In this document: one piece after another, positions 36,082 through 49,830 of the stretch | Numbering within the stretch: position 1 is the first letter of the stretch | How the letters are laid out: every line of letters begins with the position of its first letter | NCBI GenBank assembly: GCA_025603075.1 | Contig: MU626288.1 | Location: 1 to 64,000, forward strand | From: Neoconidiobolus thromboides FSU 785 | Taxonomy: Eukaryota; Fungi; Entomophthoromycota | Direction of reading: 5' to 3' | Length of the DNA stretch: 64,000 bases | Made by a program: the position numbers and the translations under genes | Notes under the pieces: model-generated | Told to the model about the DNA's origin: nothing | Database searches by the model: none | Seen by the model: the letters and a program-made list of their open reading frames with translations, nothing else

Positions 36082-37217
36082 TCTTATTTTGATCTTGAAT
36101 TTACTTTTAACTTCCATCTCTTACATTCTAATCTTACCTAAATGTAACTTCTACTGATAAAACAATCGTGAATTATCGACTTCTTCAAGCTCTCATATTT
36201 TATTTTGGTAAAATCACTATGATGATGGATAAAGGTGAGCCTATATTATCAACTTTTTAGTATTTTTATATACTTAGATAAATTACGAAATGAAAAGGTA
36301 CTATAAAATTAGCATCATGGACTGCTTTTTATCCGTCACTACATTAAATGGCTTAAAGTATAGTATTTTCTGAGAAATTTTCATACAAATAATAAATGTT
36401 GTGAACTACAAACTGTGAACTGCCCTTGTCTCACTTAAAATGCTACATAAAATGACATGCCTTTAAAAATGGTAATGTAACTAGTAAAATTTTACTATTG
36501 TTAAAAAATGTTGACTATAATGTTGCTGCTTTCTATCAAATAAATAATGTGTACTACAGTATATTAAAAAATAGGTTTAGGATGTACATTAAAGGACAAG
36601 AATAGCATATTAGTAAAAAAAACATGAAAGTTATTTAAATCATCTGAAAATTATTCAAGGTTTAAATACGATTACAAATAAATCACTTAAATTTTCAAAC
36701 GTATAGGAAAAGCAATAATATCTACTGTAGATTTACTATAGCTCCACCATGATTTAACTTGCGATACCTTTTGAAATTTATTGACTATTTATTAAGATTT
36801 TTTAGAGCCCAATTCAAAATTTTTTAATAAAATTTTAAAAATAGTTTCTTCTTAAATGAACAGTTATATAGGCCTTAATAGAGCTGCAGCGGCTGGAATG
36901 ATGAACCATCACAATTTTAAATTAAAATTTGACTATTCTGGTCTTGGTTTCTTTAAATTTGTGTTAACTTATTTTTATGAGATTAATTCCAATTTTAGAA
37001 TAAAAAATTCAACTCATATTCAATCAAAATCGACAATTTTGAACAGGTGTTCGAAGTACTGGTAATTAATTCTTCAATCTAAAAAGTTCAATACAATTCT
37101 TGTAATAGCAAAAGATGCACAATAAAACCCAATTCACCAAAATTATACTATATAATTAGCCATTAACATCCAACTTAACTTTAATTTTAATTTACCAAGT
37201 TAATTTTTATTAAAGCC

Positions 37218-38456
37218 ATGAATAAACTCATTGCTCTACTTGCTGCATCTTTAGTATCTTCTTTTATTGTTGACCAACCAAACGTCAAATGGCCAACTTA
37301 TGATACTACTCCAGTAAAATTCTTTGGGCATCGTGGAATAAAAGCTCAGCAACCTGAGCATACCGTCGGCAGTTACTGGCTTGCAGCTATCAACGGGGAT
37401 GACTACATCGAACCTGATCTTGTACTCACTAAAGATGGCGTTCCAGTTTGCTATCACGATCTTTACATCAGAGACGGTACTGATGTTGAGCAACACCCAG
37501 AATTCGCTCACCTTCGTCGTAATTATACTGGTATGTTAGATGGGCATAATACTACCATCAGCAATGAGTTTTTCATCTCTGACTTTACTTTAGCAGAATT
37601 AAGAAAACTCCGTGTAGTTCAAAAGAAAACTGGAGTACGCCCTCAATTCTATAACCAACTCTTTAGAATCCCCACTTTCCAAGAGTTTATTGACAATGCC
37701 AATTTATTAGCTTACAAGCTTGGTTACCCTATCAATATCGTTCCAGAGCTTAAGCATTCAAACTATCATGCTAATTTATACCCAAACATCCCCCACTACT
37801 TTGAGAACAAAGCCCTTGATATCCTTAAGCAAAACGGATACCCTCTTAAAGCTTCTGATCCATCTAACTGTATTGCTAAGATAGAGACCAAAGTCCCTAA
37901 AGTCCCAGGAAAATGCGCTGAAAAGGAACAAAAGCCAGTAAAATGTGGTAAAGTAGCCATCCAAAGTTTCGATTTTGAAACTATCAAATATTTAAACACC
38001 AAAGTAGATAAAAAATTAGTTGATCTTGTTATGTTAGTTGATGATGATGTTGAGCTTTACACTTACAAAAAACTAGATGAAATTAGTCAACATGCTACTT
38101 GGTTTAGTCCATGGAAAGAGTTCATTTACGTTGGTGTAGAAAATGAACTTAAAGGACGTAATGTGACTTATGATCAAGTTAAAGTTGAGAAACTTGGTGG
38201 TATCGTTCCTGGTAAACAAATTATTTCGGAATGTCATAAACGTGGTCTTAGAGTTGTCTTATATACTTTCTATGACTCTAGAGAAACTTCTTATCGTGGT
38301 TGTTCTGTTAAATGTGAGCCCGAGAATGCTAGAGATGAATATCGCTTCTACTTTGATTTAGGAGTTGATGGTTTATTTGTTGAAAATGCTAACGAAGCTA
38401 TTCAAATGCGTACCGAATATAGCACTGAACTCCGCCTCAATGTTACTCGTCATTAG
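37218..38456 (+). CDS. Secreted glycerophosphodiester phosphodiesterase, GlpQ-type, intronless, 412 aa
   Basis: Signal peptide MNKLIALLAASLVSS. Catalytic motifs GHRG...PEHT, YIEPDLVLTKDGVPVCYHD, PELK and IQSFD, with C-terminal LGVDGLFVE. Confidence 0.92.
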   Translation: MNKLIALLAASLVSSFIVDQPNVKWPTYDTTPVKFFGHRGIKAQQPEHTVGSYWLAAINGDDYIEPDLVLTKDGVPVCYHDLYIRDGTDVEQHPEFAHLRRNYTGMLDGHNTTISNEFFISDFTLAELRKLRVVQKKTGVRPQFYNQLFRIPTFQEFIDNANLLAYKLGYPINIVPELKHSNYHANLYPNIPHYFENKALDILKQNGYPLKASDPSNCIAKIETKVPKVPGKCAEKEQKPVKCGKVAIQSFDFETIKYLNTKVDKKLVDLVMLVDDDVELYTYKKLDEISQHATWFSPWKEFIYVGVENELKGRNVTYDQVKVEKLGGIVPGKQIISECHKRGLRVVLYTFYDSRETSYRGCSVKCEPENARDEYRFYFDLGVDGLFVENANEAIQMRTEYSTELRLNVTRH

Positions 38457-38955
38457 ATTAGAATATAATACTTAATTAATAAATGTTTATTTTATTGTAA
38501 ACTTTAATTATGACATAAGATACTATACTCAATTTTATGTTTATGAATGTTTTAATAAAAAATAATAGTATAAGCTACTCCCTTTATTGTTAATTGTTAT
38601 GATAAATTAAGAAATATAAAGTTATTATAATTAATAAATATGCAAAAACTAATCACGATTTAAATAAAATAATACATAACTCAAAGATGTTACTTTATTT
38701 TAAAAAATACTATGATATTGAAATATTCATATTTTTCATATTATAATATAATAATTTGAACAATAGAATCTATTAATCCGACTATAAAATTACAATAACA
38801 AAGTACTTTTTAACAAACCGAAATACACATAGGGTTCCATAAAAGTAGTAAAGGCTAAAATTTATCAAAAAATGAAAACTAAATTTAGCTAAACATAAAA
38901 AGCAGATTTACCAAAAAAACAAAAATATAAGTATTTAAAGTTCAAAAATAAAAAA

Positions 38956-41900
38956 TTACTCCTCATTACCCCTACTACCCAAAATTAACGCTTGAAGCCA
39001 AAAGTGGAACACCGAATTTGAATCTTTACTGTTTGCTTCTTCATCAAAACTATTCTCTCTAATCTCTATGGATGAAGAGTCTATACGGTGAGCCCGATTT
39101 TCATTTATTCTTCCTTTCTTAGTATTATTCCTACTCAAAATATTTTTTTCTTGAGGATCAGATAGCGATTCCTTCTTACTCTCATCTGAAGTTATGAAAG
39201 TCAAGAGATAAGCAACAATATAATACACGACCATCATATACATTGGTGTCATGTCACTCTTTTCTTCTTTTGCTAAGGAAGATTCTTTGATCTTATTACC
39301 ACTCGACAATGGACTTAGTTCTGATTTTCCTAATACATTTGAAGTATATAAATCCCCAATTTTGAATCGATTTGAAAAATATTCACTATTTTCATTGTTT
39401 ACTAAAAAAATTAATATACTTTCAATAAAATAGAACTAACAAATATTTAATACCTTTGACCTTGATTTCGTTAGTATCATTTTCTGGATTTCGAGCTTCA
39501 TTAGAAGGCTCTTCAACTATTGGGGAAACCAATAAGGAAGATGCTAAAGTTGGAGTCGATATCAAATTTTCACCATCGATTAAATCGCTAAATGAAACCT
39601 GTCTAATTACCCTTGAGTTACGATTTTTATTTTTTCTATTCCTAAAAGACCCAGTATTATTTGGACTCATTGTAGACAATGAAATAGGTCTTGGTAATGG
39701 TGCCAAGTCATTACGTTTATTACTAGTAGTAGAAGAAGGTGTATTCGACCTAGAAGTTGAATTATCTGGTTGTTCAGTCGATGATAAAGAGCTGTTTGAT
39801 GACATTTTGCTTAATTGTGTACTTTTAGTGAACGTATTAGAGTGTTCCACTTGGCTTGATAATGAATGATAAGAATTCGTAGATGAATGGGATGTGCTTA
39901 AGAAAGGAGCTGAAAGATCTTCCTTAATTTCTTCATCTACTGTTTTTAATTCTTTATTAGATTCCACAGTTTCTTGTTCTAAAATTAAAAGTTAAAAACC
40001 CAAATATATGAAGTTAGACTACTTACTTTGTTCTTTTTCTTTTTCTTCAACTTTAATTTCATTATCATTGCTTGTTTCAACCAATATATCTGGGGTCTGA
40101 CCTTTCCTTTGTTCAATTATAATATCGGGAACCTCACTAGATTTTTCTTTCTCGATTTCGACATTCAACTTTTTATTTGCTTCATCAAACTCGAATTGTG
40201 GCATTAAATTTTGGCTTCTCATTTCGGCTTCTTCTGAAAGGGATCTAGACATTTCTGATAACTCAGTAGGAGAAAGAAAAGGACGATCATCGATAATGAC
40301 ATGCTGAATTGAAGCTCTTTGAAAAACGGGGAATGCTTTGTTTGGCCTATGCATCTCCATTTTATTTAAAAGTTCTTTTACATTAATTTGGCTAGATTTG
40401 ACATTTGCTTCAAGTCCAGGTATCTTTAAAAATCCAAACTTTAGCTTATCCCATTGTGACCATGTCTTTTCTATATTCCTTTTTAAATATTTGTTTTCTC
40501 TCTCTAATTCTTTCATTGCTTTTGCTGTCATCTTTTCATTAATTGGATTGAAATTATTTAATATAGTTAAATTATCTTGTGGTAATTCCAAGGGATTACC
40601 AATCTCTTCTTTTGGCGTATAATCCTCAACTTCGCGAGTTGAAGGTGGAATTGGAGCACTATTTGCTTCACTTAATGATTTTTGTAGATTTTCTACCAGA
40701 ATTTTCATCTGGTAATTTTCCTGTACTACTTCATCAAAGTTTTTAGCTACCGATTGGGCAATTTGAACATCTTTTTCAAGAGCAGCTATTCTTTTTTTCA
40801 TTGAATTTGCTTGTAAGATTAATGTTTGATATTCTAAATTCACTGCCCTCATTGCTTTTAATCCATTTTCCAACTCTTCGATTTTTAGTTTTTTAATCTC
40901 TGCTTCTTTTTTGTTGGAGTGAATTGCTTCCTCATATTGTTTCTTCTTTTGAAAGTATAATTTTTTATAATGATTTAAGCTTTCTTTATCATCCGCTTGT
41001 TCTTTTTCTAATATGCTAACTTTGGTTTGCTGTTTGTTAATAAATCCTTGTTGTTCGCTAGCTTCTTTTGTTTTTAAGTATAAATCCTGCTTTAGCTTTC
41101 GATTTTCTTTTTCCAGCTCTTTAATTTTATTATCCGACTCAGTAACCATTTCTGAGAGACTATCTTCAGTATACTCAAGTTTTTGACTTAAAAAGCTCGT
41201 TGCTTTTTTTATTTTCCTATGATCTTCTATACCGTTGAAACCACTATCATTCTTAATGATACTTATATCGAAAGATGGCGAACGTATAGGAACATACCCT
41301 GTATCATTATCCTTTTCAAATTTCTCATGCAATGATTTGATCGAACTTTTTTTCATTGATTTAAAACTAGTACTTCGATGTAACCTTCCAACATCTGGAT
41401 CAAAAGGAGATAGAGGGCGTTCTAAAGACCTTGGGTTCACTTCACTATTTAAAAATCTAGAGCTATTTTCTAAAGAGTTGAGGGGTGATTCTGGTCGTCG
41501 AAATCGACCTAAAGAAACGCCTAAGCTACTATCAGGTAATGGACAAAACTTGGCTTTTTCGGATAAGATGGACGAACGTCTTTGTTTTCCTTTGATCGGC
41601 ATACTAAAAAAAGTTTTTAGCTCTGATTTACCATTTGTTTGAAAGTCTCCACTGACTATTTTGTTAATTAAATCTAAGGTGTCTAAGGCATTTAGCTTCA
41701 ATGTCGGATGTTCGTTTGAAAACCTTCTTAGTTGGGTATAATGGTTGTTATCAAGTAGCTTTTTGGTTTTATTTATTTCTTCAAACGTGTTTAAAATTAG
41801 TTGAATATTTAATTCTTGACCTGAATCGATATTATTCTTTTTGAATATATATGTAACAGAATCTAATAAATTGGCCTTTTCATAGTTTAGTAATGGAGTT

Positions 41901-42285
41901 CATTAATTTGTATATTTGATTACCATAATTTAAGATAAAAAAGAATAAAAATGTTAAACTTAAAATGACCTCACCCCTAAAATTAAGATTTTAATTGAAT
42001 CAAAAAAGGGGGTATTAAAAATAGCAGTTATAATAAAAGTTGTTAAAAGTGAGATGGTTGATAATTAAGCTATTTAGTAATTGTTTACTATATTTAGGTT
42101 TAATTTTATAAAACCTATTATGAATAAGCTATTAATTTAAGCAAAATTAACTTCATAAAATAAACTATAAATAAGTTGTAGTATTTTTTGTTAATAAACT
42201 GGATAATCTTAATCTTAATTTTTATTAAATATGGGATTTTAATTTACCCTCTTAGGTACTGTAGCTCGACTTCATTTTTTACCAT
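38956..42285 (-). CDS. Long coiled-coil protein with a single C-terminal transmembrane segment (possible KASH/Kms1-like; multi-exon, 5' end tentative)
   Basis: ORFs 40019-41701, 39422-39967 and 38956-39309 join through GT-AG introns. Central heptad region, TM MYMMVVYYIVAYLLTFI, and a tail ending SVFHFWLQALILGSRGNEE*. The 5' exons upstream of about 41860 are uncertain. Confidence 0.6.
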
Positions 42286-42526
42286 TTTTGGAAAGTTATT
42301 AAGAATCCATTATAACATTTGATATCCATAAAACCCATAGCTGATATAAAATGTTGAATATAACAAAACAGCAAAAGTCAATATATTTTTTTATCACTTA
42401 GCCTTAAACACTATATATATTACTATGAACTTATAATAAACCCAATTCAATTTTATAAAATTTATTAACTTAGAATAAATTGTGAAACGACTTTTAAAAA
42501 AGCTACTAACTTAAAAAAACAAGAAA

Positions 42527-45500
42527 CTATGAAATAGTTAGTGAAGATAGATCTGTGAGGTCCAACTCATTTAAAATTTCACCACTAATTTCCTCTCCAT
42601 CTACTTCAGTAATTAAGTTAAATTCATTTTCACTCATTTCATTAGCCTCTCTTGGCTTATTAGCTTGGCTTTTTTGTGTCTGTAACGTGCTAATACGCTT
42701 TGAAACCTCTTCAGCCATCTTATTACTTCCATTTATAATACCATCCACCAAGTACTTTGAAATATCATTTTCAGGTGGATTTTCACTTGGATCCTTAAAT
42801 AAGAAAGTATTTGGGAACTCAATTTGTATCGCTCTTAATAAATGCTCATCCGACATAATCAATTTAGAAAATTCTTCAAAATTTAAAAAGGTTTGATTTG
42901 CAGTATCCTGTTGAGTTGAATCATCTTTCCCAGCTTCAAAGTCAATAAGATCGTTATTTGGACTTTCTCCTTTTTGATGAATCAACTGCATAGCTTCTTT
43001 AATAAATTTTCCAGTCCCAAACAATCCAATATCAGAATCCGAGTGTCTAAAGATGTACAAAAATAGTGAAGAAAATTGAATAATATCATCCGAACTAAGA
43101 AGCCCATCAGAATCCAAATCCACCGTTTCAAATAAAAGTTTACTACGTGGCATAACATCTTGATTGAGGATAGTATCCAGTCCACATATTACATCTGAAA
43201 ACGTAAGGTATCCTTTATTTTCACTATCCATAGTCTTAAATAATGCTCCAACAATAGACTGACGGTATAATGGCATCTGAGATCTCGCATCCATAAATCC
43301 ACTTTTCTTTTCTTCTTCTTCAGCAATACTATTTGTTCTTGAACTTCGTTGTGAAATTGGTGTATCAAGTTCGCACCAGGTAGTAGACTGGTCCAAAAAG
43401 GTTTCGAATTCTTCATAACCCATTAAATGACCAGAATGCTTCTTTGAGGAGTGTGGGGTTGATCTGTAAAAAATGGCGGTATGAAATTTATCATAGATAT
43501 TGGATAATGTTTTGGCACTAAAACTACCCCGAAAATCGAGATTCCTTATTGTTGTTTGTTTGCTGAATAATTCTATATTATGCACCACTTTCATCTGCTG
43601 ACTTTGTCTCAATTCTTGTATCTTGTTATTGTCTACTGATTTGAATTCGCGATAAGCTATAGTAATAAGTAAGGTATACTTTGTAATCGTTTTAACGCCT
43701 TTATCCCCAAACTCTTTATTGACAGGTTCTTCCAAAGACTGGAAATATTTCTTTAAAACTTCAACAAAGACACCATCATCCTCAGCTTCCATTAATTTAT
43801 CACCGTTGATTTTCAATACTGCTAATCCGATCTTAAAAAGTACTTGTGGACCATCCATAAAAAATAAATCCAAAACCCTTAATGCTACCAAAAGCGGCAT
43901 TGAATTTATAAATAAAGTAAGAAACCAAGGCAGCGAAACTAAGGAAAGAGTGATACCTTTTTTGGTTAGACTCGTATCCAAAATGGGCATAAGATCAGCC
44001 ACGAGATATTCAAAAACTGCCTGGTCCAAAAGGGCCCCATACATAGATGTAGAATAATAGGAAGGAAGCATAGTATCACACAAAGTAGTAAGGGTCCAAT
44101 AGGCTTGTTCTTCGCTGCAATAAATTAGTAACGCAGAAGCCACAATATTCATTGCTTGGCAATAACCAACCTCTGGGTTTTTCCACGAATAAGCAGTAAG
44201 TACATTTCTTAAAGAATCGATTCCATCTTTCATACGATAAGCTGAATATTCAGGAAGTGAACGATTTAAATCTTTTTCGATTTCGTCAGTAGCTTGAGAA
44301 ACTTGTCCTTGATGATCTTCAATTAACTTTTGATAAACTCCAGGATGGTTGAATCTTCTATAAACTGCACCCGAACACATTTCCCATATCTCTCCCCTTA
44401 AAATACCTGGTATCCCTACCCTTACTAATCGAACAAAATCGAACTTACGGATTAATGAGAAGTTATAACCATTTTTGGAAAAATAATCCTGCCAATGCGC
44501 TAACTTTTTGGCTTCTCTTGTGATCCCAAACTCTTCTGGAAATCCATATTTTAGTCCTAAAGCCCCCTCCCCATACCCACCTTGGCCTTTGTAATATCCT
44601 TCTGAAGTCAGTGTTCTTAAAAATGGCTTTAATCGCTTTACTATAAGTTTCTGTTTGATTAGCCTATCGTTTAAAGCTTTACAGAAGGCTTTGAAAGCTT
44701 CAGCATCAAGGTGATGGAAAGTAATATAAAAGGTAAGCTCATGATATGATAAAATCGACAAAGCATTGGTAATCGGTAACTCATTTCTTATTGTATGTAA
44801 ATTAACTTTACGTACTAAATAGAGTGGAAGTACCCAATAGCAAGGAGAGAGTAAACTTGTACCAATAAAAGTGATAAAAGAATCTGAAAGTGCTAAGATA
44901 CCTTTAACTTTAAAATTAGGGTCTTTAGGATGAGAAAATAATACTTGGGTTTCAGTATGTAATCCTTCGGTGGCTGGCAACCTAAATTTCATTTGAAATT
45001 CTTTATTACTCTTTTGTGTTAAGAAATTATTCCGTATTTCCATCCCCGAAGACTCCTTTTTAACTTCTGAAGAATCCGTTAGTGGGCTTATTATTGGCTG
45101 TGTATCTGTAGAATCATCATTAACACCCCTAATTGCCATACCTGGCAATGGGTCTAATGTAGCGTTCTTTAATACTCTTTCCATACTATTTTTTGTTAAT
45201 TGGCTTATCAATTCAAACGCCTAAAACAAGTATTACATTAATCCATCGTTTAGTATTTAAACTTTAATTTACCTCATCGCGAACAAAAAAATTACCAAAA
45301 TGATGCTAAAAATTTAAACTTTTAAAAAATTACGTAACTGAAATAATATAACTGTCTACCTTTGTTTGATCTTTAATGGTGATAGTGATTGGTGATGGTA
45401 ATGACAAAGTTTTCGCGGCACCAACTAAGTTTCCACTTGATTTTTCCAAATGAGCAATGTCTCTAAGTTCAATTTTCAATTTCATTTCCATGCCCAGCAT

Positions 45501-46332
45501 GTAAGAATAAAAACATAAATAATTTTCACTCATATACATCCACCCTTGGTATACCATCAGCCCCTTCTGATAGCCACATGAATAATCTATATACTCAAAT
45601 TAGTTGTTTGCTTAAAAAATTTTCTTAGTTTGTGTTGAATTATTCTTTTAATAAATGTCTATTTTTTGTTATTAATAAAAATATATTACAGCTAACTAAG
45701 TGTTCTGCGTTGGACATATTGAACGTTTGTCTAAAAGCTCTTAAAGCAGACCTTGCTTTAACATCAAGGGATTCATCTAAGGAGTCCCCATCTAATATAG
45801 TTTTACAAGTTTAGTTTAATTTAATATGGTTTAAAAATAATAAATAACAACAATATATGTAAATTAAACTTACCAGTAGCAGCTAAATACGATTTTATTT
45901 TAGTTTCCAAATATTTATAGCGTTCTGTGCTACCACTCATTGAATCAAATATAGGTACACAAAGTTCTAAGTAATTTTAAATCCCAATGATGAAATATCC
46001 TTTTTGTTAAATTACCTTCAAACCATTTCCAAGATTTCTCAATTTTTTGATAAGTGTCATCAACGGCTACCAAATAAGTTTCATTACTTAAATTATCCCT
46101 ATAAATTATCCTATATGGGTCAGGTTTTGTGTCTAACCTTTTTTGGACGGATTAAAACTTTAAATTATATATACTGATATTTTGATTACATATTCCTTAT
46201 AGTACCAACTACACTTTGGAATAATTTTGAAGGTTGGTCCAATTTAGTATGTTGTAATATAAAATAATCGTTTTTATTGATGTCACTCCATAAAGCACTA
46301 GCTTCCGAAATTAAAGTTGGTATTGTTAGCAT
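42527..46332 (-). CDS. GYP2: GRAM + TBC (Rab-GAP) + EF-hand protein, Gyp2/Mdr1 (TBC1D8/9) family
   Basis: N-terminal LWSDINKNDYFILQ...PYRII, GRAM VYQGWMYMSENYLCFYS, TBC motifs EIEKDLNRSLP and VGYCQAMN, and EF-like ETVDLDSDGLLSSDDI. Confidence 0.92.
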
Positions 46333-46689
46333 TTTGGATTCTTTTTGAGTATAAACTTTATAAAAATGATGATTTTTTTAAATTTTGAAATCACTATTAG
46401 TGATTTGGGCTATGGGCAATTCTAATTTGCTCCTTAATCTATTTTTATCATAGGCTACTATTAAATGTTATTTTACTGCTAATTTTATACATCAAAATTA
46501 ATTTCTAAAAAAAGCAATTTCAATTATTTAAACAGAATCATAATAAATGGTCTTAAGATAACACTAATTTCATTAAACGAAGCTTTAAATCTCAAAACAA
46601 TCAAAATATAAAAATAATTTTATTAAAATAAATCAAATGAGTTTATATTGCGAATAGATAAAAGCGACTAATGATACAACTAAGTCTAA

Positions 46690-49416
46690 TTATCTAACTA
46701 CTTTTTTAGCAGTGCCAATTTGACATGAGTTAACTTTAGTAGCAAACTGTAGCGAATAAAGCGATTCCATAAAGTTAGACTTTAAGGGTGAGATATTGAC
46801 AAACATAAGTGTTTTTGAATTACCACCTAACGAATTTTGTAGTAAATAAGTGAGTTTGCTATTCCTATAAGGGATATGCGAATTTTGCTGAGAAAGTGAA
46901 TAAATGACATCGGAAAGAGAAGACAAAGATTTGTTAATAGCTTGAGTTTCTTTAAGCCTATCACCAGTTGATCCGGATTTATTGAGTGATTCAGACCCTG
47001 CCAAATCTATAAGATTCAATACTCCTTCCGATTTTTCTTGGGTTAAAGTATTGTGCCCTGTCAATCGCATAGTAAAAACACTATGGCTTCTTGAGGATCT
47101 TTCATTACAATTTGTTGAGGCAACTGCCCTATTTTTGGATGCTTTGTTTAAAAGATTATGAACAGTTTTGGGATTGCTTACATTTACTATCAAAGTCAGT
47201 TGATTAAAATTTTAACATACAAATAAATTACCAATAGTTATATCAGTTACAACAGTTCTCCCATTTGATTCATGTTTAATATCATGCCTTTTGTTATCAT
47301 TGCTATTGGAACCCAATAAGTCATGTAAAGTTTCATTATAAATTTCTACAAATTGACATTCCATTTTATATTTCCATCCCTTTTCTTTTAACTCATCAGC
47401 TGAATCAAATATTTGCTGTACTGCTCTTGGGATCATTCCTTCGGTTTCAATGTCTGCATTTTCTGGTCCTTCCATAGTAAAAGTTTTTCCGCTCCCAGTT
47501 TGCCCATAGGCAAATATACAAACTGGATAACCATCAAGTGCAGATTGAATTAATTGAGAAATATCTTCAAAAACGGTTGCTTGCTTAGTAGATGGCCCAT
47601 AAACCTAAAATAGGATTTGAATTTTGATACAAATAATTAAGAAATTAAATTACCTTATCAAATTTAAAAGGATAAACTTTAGTAGTTGCTTTTGAAAGTG
47701 ATGATTCCTAATTGATTTTAATTATTATTCATGCAAATTTATAGTAATATAGTATTACTTACTTTAACTTGTTTTAATTCAATACATTTTTTATCCCCAT
47801 TGATATCCGTAAAATTCAAATGAGATTGCTCAGTAGATTGATTACATTCAGTGCCTATTAAAGTCAATTAACATATTAATTAAGCTATTATGTCTTTACC
47901 AACCGGGGGCCGAACTCTACAAAAAACACGAATATTTCCTTTGAGTTCCTATGAAAAAACTTAGTACAAGGAAGACTATTTATCGCTATTAAATTACTTG
48001 GATAGTGTTATGTAACTGACGTCTAACTGTCTCTTCTGATCTAAGTTTAGCTTCGAGTTCTTCGATTGCGCCTTTCAATCCTTCAATATCTTTATTTAAT
48101 TTACCAATCGTTTCCCCTTTATCTGAAGCTTCTTTTTGTGATGCCTAAATTATAATAAGCAATTATTTCTATTTATAAATTAGTATTTGCTTACTTCTAA
48201 TTGATTTTTTAGTACACGGTTATCAGATTCTAACGTTATATAAGAGGTTGCTTGATTTGAAATTGTATTCTAAATAATAAAAATGAGTTAAATATAACTT
48301 CTATATAAATAAGTATTTACTGTAAGATTGGTGTTTTCTTCAATTTTAGCCTTTAACTGGGATGATACATTTTGTAGCTCGTTGTTTAACATGGTCTTTT
48401 CTCTAGTAGTGAAGTCCAATTTTGAATTTAATGATTGTATTTCTAATTCATGAGCCGATTTAAGAGTTCGTATATTATCTTCATTTTTATTGCTCAAGCT
48501 CTATTTAATAGTTTAATAATAAAGATCATAAAATAAATGTGAAATTACTTTTAGTTCACTTTCTAAATCTGTTATTTGATGAAGAAGTCCACTATTTTCT
48601 TGTGTTTTGACCTGAACACTATTTTCTAAACTTTTTCTAAACTCTTCAAGCTGTACAACTATTTGATAAAATATTATTGAACATGGTTTTTATTAACTTT
48701 AAGATTATATTACTTTGATTCTGACTTTCCTCTAATTTTTTATTGACATCTGTTAAATTATCTTTTGAGTGCTTTACTTGATGCCTGAGATAACTTGTAT
48801 TTAATTCCATATCTTCCAACCTTCCCTATAAAACTACGTTAATATTGCTTAAAGATAGTTAAAAACAATCACTTTAATATCCCAAGCCGGCCTCTTTGGT
48901 CGCTTTGGTGGAGTGGTAGGGTTTGTCTCATTTTCTATTAATATCCTTCTAGTATCAACCCCCCTTCCAGATCCATTTGATAATAAAGAAGAATCGTGAT
49001 TTGACCTTGACATTGAAGTATTTCTTGAGACTGTAGGGTTTGCTTTAGCAACCCTACTTTTAATCATCATAGTAGGCTTTGGAGTTGCAGAAGGCGATTT
49101 ACGTATTAAAGGTTGTGGTCGATTGGTTTTGGTAGTTGATGGTATTGCACTATTGGTTACTGGTTTATAAACTGCCTTACTGGTAGCTCGAACGCCACCT
49201 CCAGCACCACTTCCTTTTTTTAGTGTAATTGGTTTGCTTTTTTCTTTGTTTTTGTCTTCTATTGTTTTTATAGCTTCAATTGCTTCAGTTTTTCTCTTTT
49301 TTAAACTTTCGGTATCTAAAAGATCTTGATTCACCTTTGTTGGTGGTCTTATTCGACTTTTCGATGACTGTTTCGTTAATTAGTATCATTTAAGATGTTT
49401 TTTATTTCTTTACCAT
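46690..49416 (-). CDS. KAR3: Kinesin-14 (Kar3/Ncd-like C-terminal motor; multi-exon)
   Basis: Basic N-terminal tail, coiled coil, neck [15 protein letters not shown]-loop [19 protein letters not shown] and DLAGSE at the C-terminus. The first exon appears to be the ATG alone. Confidence 0.93.
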
Positions 49417-49830
49417 TCTGAATGCTTAAAATATATTTTATATACAAAACAAGAAGTAAAGGGATGACTTAAATTATTTTTTTGTTCAAAGTTGAGATGG
49501 GATAAAATTGTAGCCAATTAATTTTGCTCATTTGTTCTAATTTTTCATTTAAGCCAATAATTAAAAAATTACAAAAACAGAGTGAAAATTTAGAATATTT
49601 CAATATTGGAATGATTTAACATCAAAAACTAACAACATAAAAGGTATAATGATAAAGTAAAATCGTATAGTATAGAGTTTATTTAGATGTACATAGCGCC
49701 ACAATTTACTGATGTCTTGATTTTTTGATAGCCTAAGTTTTGATAAATTTTAATGTCTAAATATTTTGATTAATATTATATAAGCAAGTAACTTTTAAAG
49801 CTTTACAAAATTGAATAAGTGCTTGAAATT

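Noticed and set aside
40338-43057. Plus-strand ORFs (40338, 41235, 42555) and other antisense ORFs such as 14606, 16578, 37251, 39456, 43719
   Set aside because: They are antisense shadows of well-supported genes on the opposite strand.
46985-47010. DLAGSES instead of DLAGSER in the kinesin switch II
   Set aside because: The same variant occurs in the kinesin-14 Ncd, so it is not evidence of inactivation.
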